A stretch of 64,000 bases of DNA from Candidatus Poribacteria bacterium. Lineage in GTDB: Bacteria > Poribacteria > WGA-4E > WGA-3G. The notes below the pieces were generated by a model. The model searched no databases. It was not told the origin of the DNA and worked only from the letters and a program-made list of their open reading frames with translations. The first letter of the stretch is position 1. Each line of letters starts with the position of its first letter. The stretch is taken from positions 128,001 through 192,000 of the forward strand of contig CBDBFU010000012.1 of the NCBI GenBank assembly GCA_965205025.1, read 5' to 3'. Positions 1 through 8,655 of this stretch are shown one piece after another. The position numbers and the translations under genes are program-made.

Positions 1-232
1 TTTCCATCCCTTCGCCGAAATAAAGTGACATATAATTTTCGGTCTTGTTTTGCCAATCAAAACCGTGTTTTTTGAGCGTTTGTGTAATACCACCTGCGTC
101 TGAAATTAATTTCATAAGTTGGAGCAGAATACTCTTTCCACTTGCTTGTTCACCGACAAATACCGTCAAATCTCCAAGCGTGATATCGGCTTCACGAATT
201 TGTCCTAACGAAGTCACCGTAAGACGTTTCAT
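1..232 (-). CDS. AAA/ABC-type ATPase (AAA_15/AAA_21-like), N-terminal part, runs off window edge
   Basis: Not in the ORF track. Manual translation gives MKRLTVTSLGQIREADITLGDLTVFVGEQASGKSILLQLMK, with Walker A GEQASGKS; AAGGAG RBS at ~243-248 on the minus strand. Confidence 0.8.
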   Translation of the reverse strand, partial: MKRLTVTSLGQIREADITLGDLTVFVGEQASGKSILLQLMKLISDAGGITQTLKKHGFDWQNKTENYMSLYFGEGME

Positions 233-396
233 AATTTGTCTACTCCTTTAATGCTTACAAACAATTACCCAAAAAACTAATTCTAATTTGTACTTCTATT
301 CTACCCGACGTAATTTATCTATTCACTGATAGATTATACCATTTCTGGTATTTAAAGTCTCATTTATAGAATCTCTTTAATGTAGCACAAACTTCC

Positions 397-508
397 TGAA
401 GATTAAGTAAATATTTCGGTAATTCTATTCTTCCCAAACCCGGTAGGTGCGGTTTCCTAACCGCACTGGATCTTTCTACAAATTGCCGAATTTAAAAATT
501 AATCTTCA
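397..508. mobile_element. MITE with IS630-type ends enclosing a GTAG REP-like hairpin
   Basis: Ends TGAAGATTAA..TTCGGTAA / TTGCCGAA..TTAATCTTCA resemble the IS630 IRs at 30823/32063. Flanked by TCC..TCC; an empty-site homolog lies at ~52680-52760. Confidence 0.7.
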
Positions 509-884
509 TCCAGTTTGTGTAGTATTTCAAGACATCAATATCACCTAATCATGGGAGAATTATTTATAGAAATAGTATTACATCTGCCAACATCCAGGAT
601 CCGACATTCACTCACCACCGATAGCAAATTGCGAAATACCACTGTTATCTTCTTGTAATGGATAGCACGTATAATAGAAAACTGACGAGAGGACAAGCGA
701 AATAGTTTGTTATTACCTTCGTGGAATTCCCATACAGGTTCAACTATCCTATACCAATGTTTCTTATATATTTCGCTATTGGTTACTATAGTTTGGACAA
801 TTCTTATTTATATGAAAGTTGAGCTTCTAATGATAAGTCTATTTTTTGTTAGTTTTCTTTATCTGTGGAATCCTACAAAATACC

Positions 885-990
885 GCACTCCAGCGGAGTG
901 CAATGTCTATAGAAAACATGATCGATAAATTCTTGCACTCCAGCGGAGTGCAATGTTTCGATACACTACATACCGCTCTGCTGGAGCAAT
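885..990. repeat. Palindromic repeat GCACTCCAGCGGAGTGCAATGT (two copies plus a degenerate inverted copy)
   Basis: Copies at ~885 and ~934; another copy at ~25014. Confidence 0.7.
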
Positions 991-1100
991 GGGTTTCATT
1001 CTTGTATTGTGTCAGAATTTAGAACAGAAGAAGTAAACCGATTTTTTATATCAAGTTCACGCATGAAAAATGTCCAAACTATAGTATTGGCTAATAGAAA

Positions 1101-1136
1101 ACACAATATTGTTGACCAGAGTCAATAATATTGTGT
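1101..1136 (-). terminator. Hairpin downstream of GH32 gene
   Basis: ACACAATATTGTTGAC-caga-GTCAATAATATTGTGT followed by a T-run on the minus strand. Confidence 0.6.
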
Positions 1137-1150
1137 AATATAATGGATAT

Positions 1151-2707
1151 TTACTCGTAGATATTCTTCATCTGCCATGCGTCAAGAGATATAAGCTCAG
1201 AAGCTTGACCTTGGGATCGTAAAGACACCCCGACACTATCCCCTCTATCAGGATATACACGCATTGCTACACATTGTCGACCATTTGCGAACACCTCAAC
1301 AACACTTTTGTCAACAAAAACCCGTAGCTTGAGTGTTTCGTCTCCTAAGATAGATAAACCACCCGTTTCAGGTGCCCGGGAACGTACATCTGGGGCAATT
1401 GACGAATACGAGGAATCAATGGTAAGTAGGCTCTCACGTACATTTCTATCTGAATTGTGGTTATTCATACCACGTTCTCTGAAGAATGCGATCCTGGTGA
1501 ATTCCTCTTTGTTGGGAGAACGCAGAACATTAAGCTCAACCATAGGTGCACCCTTTACATCAATTTCAAGATCAAGTTCCATCGCATTACCGTTTATACC
1601 ATCAAGAACAACTTCTTCATTTGCAGGTAGTGTAGTTGCATCTACATGCAGATGATCATAACGCAACGACTCAATATCACCTGCTGGTTCTACACCTAAA
1701 TCATCTCTTGAGAGTAGTGTTAAACGACGGGGTAAGGTCATAATTTGGTTCCAACCCTTAGTTGGTTTTGCGGGATTCATGTTGTATATAACAATGACAC
1801 CACCGTTACCATCAGGTGTAGCAGAAGGAGCATGTACACCGGCAGGGGAAGCAGCACCGAAATTATTTTTTGCCCCTCCTGTAACGACAAACTTGTCACG
1901 GGCTTTGTCGTAATCACCAAGTAGATATTGTCCACCACTCATATGACTAAAGAAGAGTAGAATGTGACGATCACCGATTGGCCAGAAATATGGACATGCA
2001 CCGTCATCACCTACCAATGTGAATTGATCATCTTCAACGAAGGGATGCAGATACACCCAGTTGGCTAAGTCTGCTGAACGGAGTAGGAAATTAGCACGAA
2101 CAGGCTTCCCACCCGGACCGTGCGGTAGTGTACCACCTGATAGAGAATAATACATGTCATCCTTTTTCCAAATACATGGATCGAAAACACGATAAACAGG
2201 TGTTGTTCCATCCGCGTGTCTTGATGGGATGACTGCTTTACCAGATACCTTTTCCCAATTGAGTAGAAGCGGATCACTTGATACAGCTACCATGTTCCCA
2301 ACAACAGTGCCATGATACATCGCTATTACACGGTCTTCTTCAACATAGGTCGAACCAGAGAAACAGCAACGTTCAGGGTTAGGATAGATTGCATAAGGTA
2401 AATCATGCCAGTGGATTAAGTCTTCACTAATTGCGTGTCCCCAATGTTGCCGAGTATCCTCGGGCGGATATGCTTGATAGAATAGATGCCACCGCCCCTG
2501 CCAGAAACACAGACCATTTGGATCATTGAGCATGGCTTCTGGGTTGATATAGTGGTAGATCGGACGATGTGGATCACCTTCAAATGCTTTCCGTGCATCG
2601 TTCATTCGTTGTAATAGAGGGTTTGATTCTAATTCTTTTTCCTGTTCTTCAAGCGTTTCTGAATATGTATAATGTGGAACTTTAGAGGTAAAATCTTCGT
2701 TTGCCAT
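1151..2707 (-). CDS. Glycoside hydrolase family 32 protein (atypical catalytic motifs)
   Basis: MLNDPNG, WHLFYQ, WGHAIS, FSGS motifs; C-terminal beta-sandwich with D.SVVEVFAN. Confidence 0.9.
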   Translation of the reverse strand: MANEDFTSKVPHYTYSETLEEQEKELESNPLLQRMNDARKAFEGDPHRPIYHYINPEAMLNDPNGLCFWQGRWHLFYQAYPPEDTRQHWGHAISEDLIHWHDLPYAIYPNPERCCFSGSTYVEEDRVIAMYHGTVVGNMVAVSSDPLLLNWEKVSGKAVIPSRHADGTTPVYRVFDPCIWKKDDMYYSLSGGTLPHGPGGKPVRANFLLRSADLANWVYLHPFVEDDQFTLVGDDGACPYFWPIGDRHILLFFSHMSGGQYLLGDYDKARDKFVVTGGAKNNFGAASPAGVHAPSATPDGNGGVIVIYNMNPAKPTKGWNQIMTLPRRLTLLSRDDLGVEPAGDIESLRYDHLHVDATTLPANEEVVLDGINGNAMELDLEIDVKGAPMVELNVLRSPNKEEFTRIAFFRERGMNNHNSDRNVRESLLTIDSSYSSIAPDVRSRAPETGGLSILGDETLKLRVFVDKSVVEVFANGRQCVAMRVYPDRGDSVGVSLRSQGQASELISLDAWQMKNIYE

Positions 2708-3002
2708 AGTTTCTCCTCTGTATAAAGAGAATATAAGATTTTATGTTTAACATATCATAGCAATCGTCATCTGTCCAGAATTTTTAATATCTAACATCTA
2801 TGTAAATTATTGGATAACCGGTGTGTTGGGAGGGTTGATGAGAGATAGGAAGATAGATTGATAAGAATCATTCTGCTTAACCAATCGTGTTTGAAATTTC
2901 ATTTAGAGATAGATGAAAGAATCTGATATACTGAGAAAGGTATTAAGTGGAAAGGCGGGTAATTGAGAAGGATCTAATAAACTTATTAAAGATTATGAAG
3001 CA

Positions 3003-3857
3003 CTACCAGATGAATTGAATTTTATGACTTCCTCCCAGCAGATATTGTGATGGAGTAATGTTATCCTTAGCCACTTGGTAATACTCTGGTAAGATTTCTA
3101 TGCCAGCAGAATTTCTATGTAAGTCATGAGCGACTCGGCAGGTAGTCCCGGAACCTGCAAACGGATCTAATACCCAGTCATTCTCTTTCGTAAACAGTTT
3201 AATGAACCATTCAGGTAAGGTCTTTGGAAAGACAGCACTATGATTACGATTGCCAGTTTCTGTTGCTAAATGCAATACATTCGTGGGATATGCCATTTTA
3301 CGGTCTAACCAATTTGAAACATTTTTACCAAATCCACTCCCTACCTTTGAGGTGTCCCTGGTTTGGTCAGTCTTACTTAGTTTTTTTAGTCTTCTCTCAG
3401 CCCAATCTCCCATAGGTACCATAACCTCATCTTGGTACATATTGAAGTTTTTCTCTTTATTAAATTGGATACACCTTTCCCAAGCATCTCTGAAACGATT
3501 AGGCCATTTCCCTGGGTAACTATTTTTCTTATGCCAAACGAATTCCTCTGTCCATAGCCAACCTTGCCTTTTCATCTCAAGTATAAGCTCAATTACATAG
3601 GTGTGTCGTTCTCCATTAACTGCCTTCTCTTTTATATTCAGGATGAATGTTCCACAAGGTTTAAGGACTCTCAGGAATTGTTCAGCTCGCGGCATAAACC
3701 AATTAACATATTCCTCAGGTTTTATACCTCCATAGGTCTTAGATCGTCTATCTGCATACGGTGGAGAGGTCACAATAAGATCAATGGAATCCGCATCAAA
3801 GTCCTGAAGGATATCTAAGCAGTCACCAAGATATAGGTCTGTTTTTATTTCTCTCAT
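3003..3857 (-). CDS. Site-specific DNA methyltransferase (N4-C/N6-A, beta class)
   Basis: TSPPY catalytic motif precedes the DPFAGSGTT SAM-binding motif. Confidence 0.92.
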   Translation of the reverse strand: MREIKTDLYLGDCLDILQDFDADSIDLIVTSPPYADRRSKTYGGIKPEEYVNWFMPRAEQFLRVLKPCGTFILNIKEKAVNGERHTYVIELILEMKRQGWLWTEEFVWHKKNSYPGKWPNRFRDAWERCIQFNKEKNFNMYQDEVMVPMGDWAERRLKKLSKTDQTRDTSKVGSGFGKNVSNWLDRKMAYPTNVLHLATETGNRNHSAVFPKTLPEWFIKLFTKENDWVLDPFAGSGTTCRVAHDLHRNSAGIEILPEYYQVAKDNITPSQYLLGGSHKIQFIW

Positions 3858-4191
3858 ATTATGTAGGTAGTTAGTTAAATTGGATGGAAAAAGGCATACT
3901 TCTTGGTTCTTTTTTTGGTTCTTTTTATTACTTGTAGATCATTTAAATTCAACAAAGATTGCAACATTATTAACAGAGTTACTTCCTTCAATATATGTCA
4001 AATTATAGCATATAAAATAGTTGTAAACAATTGAATACTATTAATTGCTTTCATCTTCTGTAGACGGGATTCCGATCTCCGACTTCTCTTCTGTAGGAGG
4101 GGATTCCGAACACAACGTTATTTGTACAAGATACCTCTTCTCCGCGTAATCCGTGATTCAGAAAAAACACCTCTTTGTACCACAAACTTTA

Positions 4192-4304
4192 TGAGGATTA
4201 AATAAATAGTTCTGTAATCCTAATTTTCCCAAACCCGGTAGGTGCGGTTTCCTAACCGCACTGAATATTTCTCCAAAACTACCGAATTAAATAATTAATC
4301 TTTA
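4192..4304. mobile_element. Second copy of the IS630-ended MITE containing a REP hairpin
   Basis: TGAGGATTAA...CCCAAACCCGGTAGGTGCGGTTTCCTAACCGCACTG...ACCGAATTAAATAATTAATCTTTA, inside CACAAACT..AGTTTGTG. Confidence 0.65.
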
Positions 4305-4394
4305 TTTAGTTTGTGATCTTACTCCTTCCCCTCTCAAAACCCTCTTCTCCGTGTAATCCGCGATTCAGACAACCCAAACGGATCAGACATTCTT

Positions 4395-4555
4395 ATATAA
4401 TATTCAAAAAAAATTGAAGAAAACACCCATCTCTGACAACTAACATACATATATCACAAAAACAGAAAAACATATTAATAATATTTGTCAAAATGAAAAT
4501 AAAATTCGGGGTTATGGAAAAAAGATTATAGGTTAGAACACAAACTAAAAAACAG
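4395..4555. repeat. AT-rich dispersed repeat; inverted copy at ~34030-34160
   Basis: Shared sequence visible in both shadow translations (INMFFCFCDICMLVVRDGCFLQF vs IKMYLCFCDICMLVAIDGCFLHF). Confidence 0.7.
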
Positions 4556-5244
4556 TATCCAAAAACGAATAATTCCAGTCTACATATTCGTAGGAAAATA
4601 AACATGACTATCTATAAAAAAGATCCTAATTACAAAGTTTTATATACCTCAAAAAAGCATACATTTTTAACCGGCAGGAATGTAAAATCAGAAAGGACAA
4701 CAAAAACACAAAATCACACATTTTTGAATTTCTTATAAAGTTAATTCAAACTGGAGTAAAGCCAGTCTATGACAGGGATTACAGGGGTAATTTACGCCAA
4801 TTTCAATGTCACACTGTGTGACAAAAAGTGTAACTTTTTTCAGCTTTTCGATGCATAGAGTGAGACAACGACATCACGATCTACTGTCTGAGTATTTAGG
4901 ATTAAAAGACTATTTTTATACCTTATTTTCTGGCTATATATTAGGATTAAATATCTGTTTTATGACTTCTTTACCATGAGAAAATATTAGTTATTGAAGA
5001 ATATTCTCAAGACCAATATATGACATTATATACAAATACAAAGTACAACAAAAGATTGGGATAAATATAGGCATACAGATCTAATAGCAGCGTATTATTT
5101 AGTGAAAAACTCTACAAAACCCTATTAATGGTATCGGAGAACGTTCAGGATTTGACCAGATCTTCAATGAATGATAGAATGCAAATAAACAGTTTGAATT
5201 ACCAAGGATGTATTTCGTACTCATCAAAAATTAGGAGAAGACCA

Positions 5245-6243
5245 GTGAATACTAACGATAAACAATCCATAAAGAAAGCAGATATGCATGTCGGTGTTCA
5301 AGGTATTGGAACTTCAAAGAAAGAATTAGAATTTCTGGTGCGGCACGGGGTTACACATATGGATGCATCAGTCAGAGGAACTGAACCAGAAACACTGATA
5401 GAACACAAGGCTGAAGCAGAGGCAGCAGGTGTCAGTCTTGAGATGATTCACATTGGATTGCCAAGAAGCATTACACTCGCACAAGATCCACAGCGAGACA
5501 AGGACCTTGATGGAGTATGCACCACTATAGAAAATGCTGCAAAAGCAGGTTTACGAGGTTTAAACTATAATTTCTGTATCCTAAATCATCAACGAACCGA
5601 GAGTACAATAGGACGGGGTGGTTCCAGTTATAGTACATTTGACCTGTCAAAATACGATAACGATACTTTATCCGAGGCTGGCGAAGTAAGCCGTGCGGAA
5701 GCATTTGACAGGATAGGTTATTTTCTTGAAAGAGTAATACCTGTTGCTGAAGAAAACAATATCCAAATGGCATGTCATCCTAATGATCCACCTGCACCAG
5801 TATTACGCGGTGTGGAAAGATGGAATTACCCCATATTTGACGGATTAAAACGGTACAGTGAGATAGTGGATAGTCCTTATAACGGTTTTAACTTCTGCTG
5901 TGGTGTTGTTTCGGAAGGATTAGACGATCCCGGTACAGAATTGTATGAAATCATAGAGTATTTCGGTAAACGTAAAAGGATATTCAATATCCATTTTCGG
6001 AATATTAAGGGAGGATTACATAATTTCCAGGAGGTATGGCCAGATGAGGGAGATGTTGATATGTTTCGAGTTGCAAAGACCTTGCATGATGTAGAATATC
6101 CTTACATGTTGATGCCTGACCATGCTCCATCACATCCAGATGATAAATCACCTGAAGGTGTTTCTGGTCGTGTTCGTCAAGCATGGGCATACCAATTTGG
6201 ATATATAATTGCATTGATTCAAGCAGTTAATTCCATGAATTGA
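5245..6243 (+). CDS. Mannonate dehydratase (UxuA)-like sugar-acid dehydratase
   Basis: HPNDPP, IHFRN, FQEVWPDEGDVDM, MPDHAP motifs. GTG start chosen from AGGAG RBS at 5233. Confidence 0.85.
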   Translation: MNTNDKQSIKKADMHVGVQGIGTSKKELEFLVRHGVTHMDASVRGTEPETLIEHKAEAEAAGVSLEMIHIGLPRSITLAQDPQRDKDLDGVCTTIENAAKAGLRGLNYNFCILNHQRTESTIGRGGSSYSTFDLSKYDNDTLSEAGEVSRAEAFDRIGYFLERVIPVAEENNIQMACHPNDPPAPVLRGVERWNYPIFDGLKRYSEIVDSPYNGFNFCCGVVSEGLDDPGTELYEIIEYFGKRKRIFNIHFRNIKGGLHNFQEVWPDEGDVDMFRVAKTLHDVEYPYMLMPDHAPSHPDDKSPEGVSGRVRQAWAYQFGYIIALIQAVNSMN

Positions 6244-6371
6244 TTTTCTGATGCATCTGAACTTCAGATCTCTCCGATTGGTGTACCGATGGGTGCACCC
6301 GCTGTATGGTGTGAAATTGTAGATTGAGAAGTCCTTAGATATACTCAATAAAACTAAACAAGGAGATAAAT

Positions 6372-7652
6372 ATGGCAAAGTCACCAAACATTGTTTTTAT
6401 TCTTGCTGACGATCACGGTTATGGTGATATCTCAGCACATAATGGACCCTCAATTCAAACACCACATATTGATAGGATCGCAGAAGACGGTATACGACTT
6501 ACCCAATTCTATGCAAACTCCTCTGTCTGTTCACCAAGTCGTGCATCGCTCATGACGGGTCGCTATCCGGATAGAGTTGGTGTTCCAGGTGTTATACGCA
6601 CACATCCAGAAAACAATTGGGGATATTTTCGACAGGATGCTATCACACTCCCATCTATATTAAAAGAGAAAGATTACAAGACATCCCTAATTGGTAAGTG
6701 GCATCTCGGACTTGAAGATGAAAATCACCCATGTAAAAGAGGATTTGATTATTTTCACGGCTTTCTCGGTGATATGATGGATGACTATTACACGCATCTT
6801 CGCCATCAGAATAACTATATGCGTCGTGATTTTGAAACAATTGACCCAAGAGGACACGCTACCGATCTATTCTCGGATTGGAGTGTTGAGTTTATCCAAG
6901 AACAATCACAATCCACACAACCCTTCTTTCTATATCTTGCTTATAATGCACCGCACACCCCGATCCAACCACCGAATGATTGGGTTGATAGAGTGAAGGA
7001 TCGTGAACCAGATATTTCAGAACAACGGGCAAAATATATAGCACTTGTTGAGCACATGGATGCTGGTATTGGACGGGTTCTTGATTCACTTGAAAAAACC
7101 AATCAACTCTCCAATACTCTTGTCATATATACTTCTGACAACGGAGGTCAAATGGGGGTTGGGGCACATAACGGTCCACTTCGAGGTCAGAAGGGTGAAA
7201 TGTATGAAGGCGGTATACGTGTACCTACCTGTGTCATGTGGGAAGGACATATTCCTGAAGGTTATGTATCAAATCAAGTGGGTATGATAATGGATTTTTA
7301 TCCTACACTCTGTGAAATTACGGGTATACCTATAAACCATGAAATTGAGGGACAGTCAATTTTGAAAACATTGCAAGGCGAAAAACAGGATTTATCCGAA
7401 CGTCTACTCTACTGGATACGAAGAGAGGGAGGACAACAGTTCTTAGGAGATTGCCAACATGCTGTTAGACAGGGGGACATAAAACTGCTACATAACAGAC
7501 CTTTTGAATCCCTTGAACTTTATGACTTATCAAACGATCCGATGGAAGCTACCGATACTGCCAAAACGAATACTGATCTTTTTAAAGAGATGGGGAATCT
7601 TTTCCAGCAAGAGACACAGAAATCAGGGGGCATTCCTTGGCAAAAAGCATAA
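6372..7652 (+). CDS. Arylsulfatase-family (Cys-type) sulfatase
   Basis: PNIVFILADDHG, CSPSRASLMTGRY, GKWHLG, SDNGG. Confidence 0.93.
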   Translation: MAKSPNIVFILADDHGYGDISAHNGPSIQTPHIDRIAEDGIRLTQFYANSSVCSPSRASLMTGRYPDRVGVPGVIRTHPENNWGYFRQDAITLPSILKEKDYKTSLIGKWHLGLEDENHPCKRGFDYFHGFLGDMMDDYYTHLRHQNNYMRRDFETIDPRGHATDLFSDWSVEFIQEQSQSTQPFFLYLAYNAPHTPIQPPNDWVDRVKDREPDISEQRAKYIALVEHMDAGIGRVLDSLEKTNQLSNTLVIYTSDNGGQMGVGAHNGPLRGQKGEMYEGGIRVPTCVMWEGHIPEGYVSNQVGMIMDFYPTLCEITGIPINHEIEGQSILKTLQGEKQDLSERLLYWIRREGGQQFLGDCQHAVRQGDIKLLHNRPFESLELYDLSNDPMEATDTAKTNTDLFKEMGNLFQQETQKSGGIPWQKA

Positions 7653-7845
7653 TTAATTTCTCAATTTAAAGGTTTTAAATGTGAGCCTATTTCAAATATT
7701 TATTCTCGTTCCAGGTTAAATGAGGTAGAATAAAAAGGATGCATCTCTCATCAGAAATCTATCCTTAGAAATTACTATCTTTTGGATATAAAATGACTCT
7801 TTAATGGTGGTGTATACAATGTATACATTCGTTATTTCGTTAACA

Positions 7846-7874
7846 TTGACATGCCGTAAAATCCGTTGTATAAT
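7846..7874 (+). promoter_or_regulatory. Sigma70-type promoter of the grpE/hsp70/J-adaptor locus
   Basis: TTGACA (7846-7851), 17 bp spacer, TATAAT (7869-7874). Confidence 0.75.
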
Positions 7875-7938
7875 CAAACAAAAACAACTTGAATGTATAA
7901 TAGTCATTCCTACATCATAGGTATGAGAGAATTCAGTT

Positions 7939-8655
7939 TTGAGCAGTGAAATGAATAACGATCTTGATGCAAAATTAAAAAAAATCTTGGATAGTGAAAC
8001 AAACTTAGATACGGATAAACCTGATGACACAGTAGATACTGTTGGAGATACCCCAATGGAGGACATGGAATTACATCAGATAAATACACTTACTGAGATT
8101 AACCAGTCTTTGACGGTATTACTCGAATTATTTGAAAAACACATATCTGGAAATCAGAATCAAGTCCAGATGTTTGATAAAATGTATGCCGAAATGAAGG
8201 ACTATAAAGAGAGTTTTCTACTTGAAGTACTTCATAAACCGGTTATCCATAACTTAATTCAACTCTACGATAGTTTTGTATCACTTGAATCTCAGCTTAC
8301 TAACCTTATTGATGAGAATAATGATAACACACTATTAAATGAGTTGGGGCAATATAGTAGTAATTTACAGAATTTTCGTTTTGAACTTGAAGAAGTTTTA
8401 TACCGCATGGATGTAACACCCTATAAGGATTCACCAGATACATTGGATAGGCAGTTACACAAGACACGGAAAGTCATATCTACTGACGATCCAAATTTGG
8501 ATCAGAAAGTAGCAGAAGTGCATAAAATTGGATTCTATTGGCGTGAGAAAGTATTTCGTCCGGAAGATGTAACCATTTATCGTTATACGGCCTCCACAGA
8601 AAAATCTGAACATCGTAATACTAAACATTCTTCAGATCAGCAAAGGGGAGATTAA
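7939..8655 (+). CDS. GrpE-like nucleotide exchange factor
   Basis: Coiled-coil N-half. C-terminal LDRQLHK...VAEVHKIGFYWREKVFRPEDVTI resembles GrpE FDP..H...V.EV.Q.GY....RVLRPA.V; abuts the Hsp70 gene. Confidence 0.85.
   Translation: MSSEMNNDLDAKLKKILDSETNLDTDKPDDTVDTVGDTPMEDMELHQINTLTEINQSLTVLLELFEKHISGNQNQVQMFDKMYAEMKDYKESFLLEVLHKPVIHNLIQLYDSFVSLESQLTNLIDENNDNTLLNELGQYSSNLQNFRFELEEVLYRMDVTPYKDSPDTLDRQLHKTRKVISTDDPNLDQKVAEVHKIGFYWREKVFRPEDVTIYRYTASTEKSEHRNTKHSSDQQRGD

Noticed and set aside
45-251. Plus-strand 68-aa ORF and the many short antisense or overlapping ORFs in the track
   Set aside because: Shadows of real genes on another strand or frame, with no motifs
4393-4605. Paralogous small Cys-rich proteins (with 34041-34226)
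   Set aside because: The similarity comes from a non-coding AT-rich repeat; there is no RBS and the ORF boundaries differ
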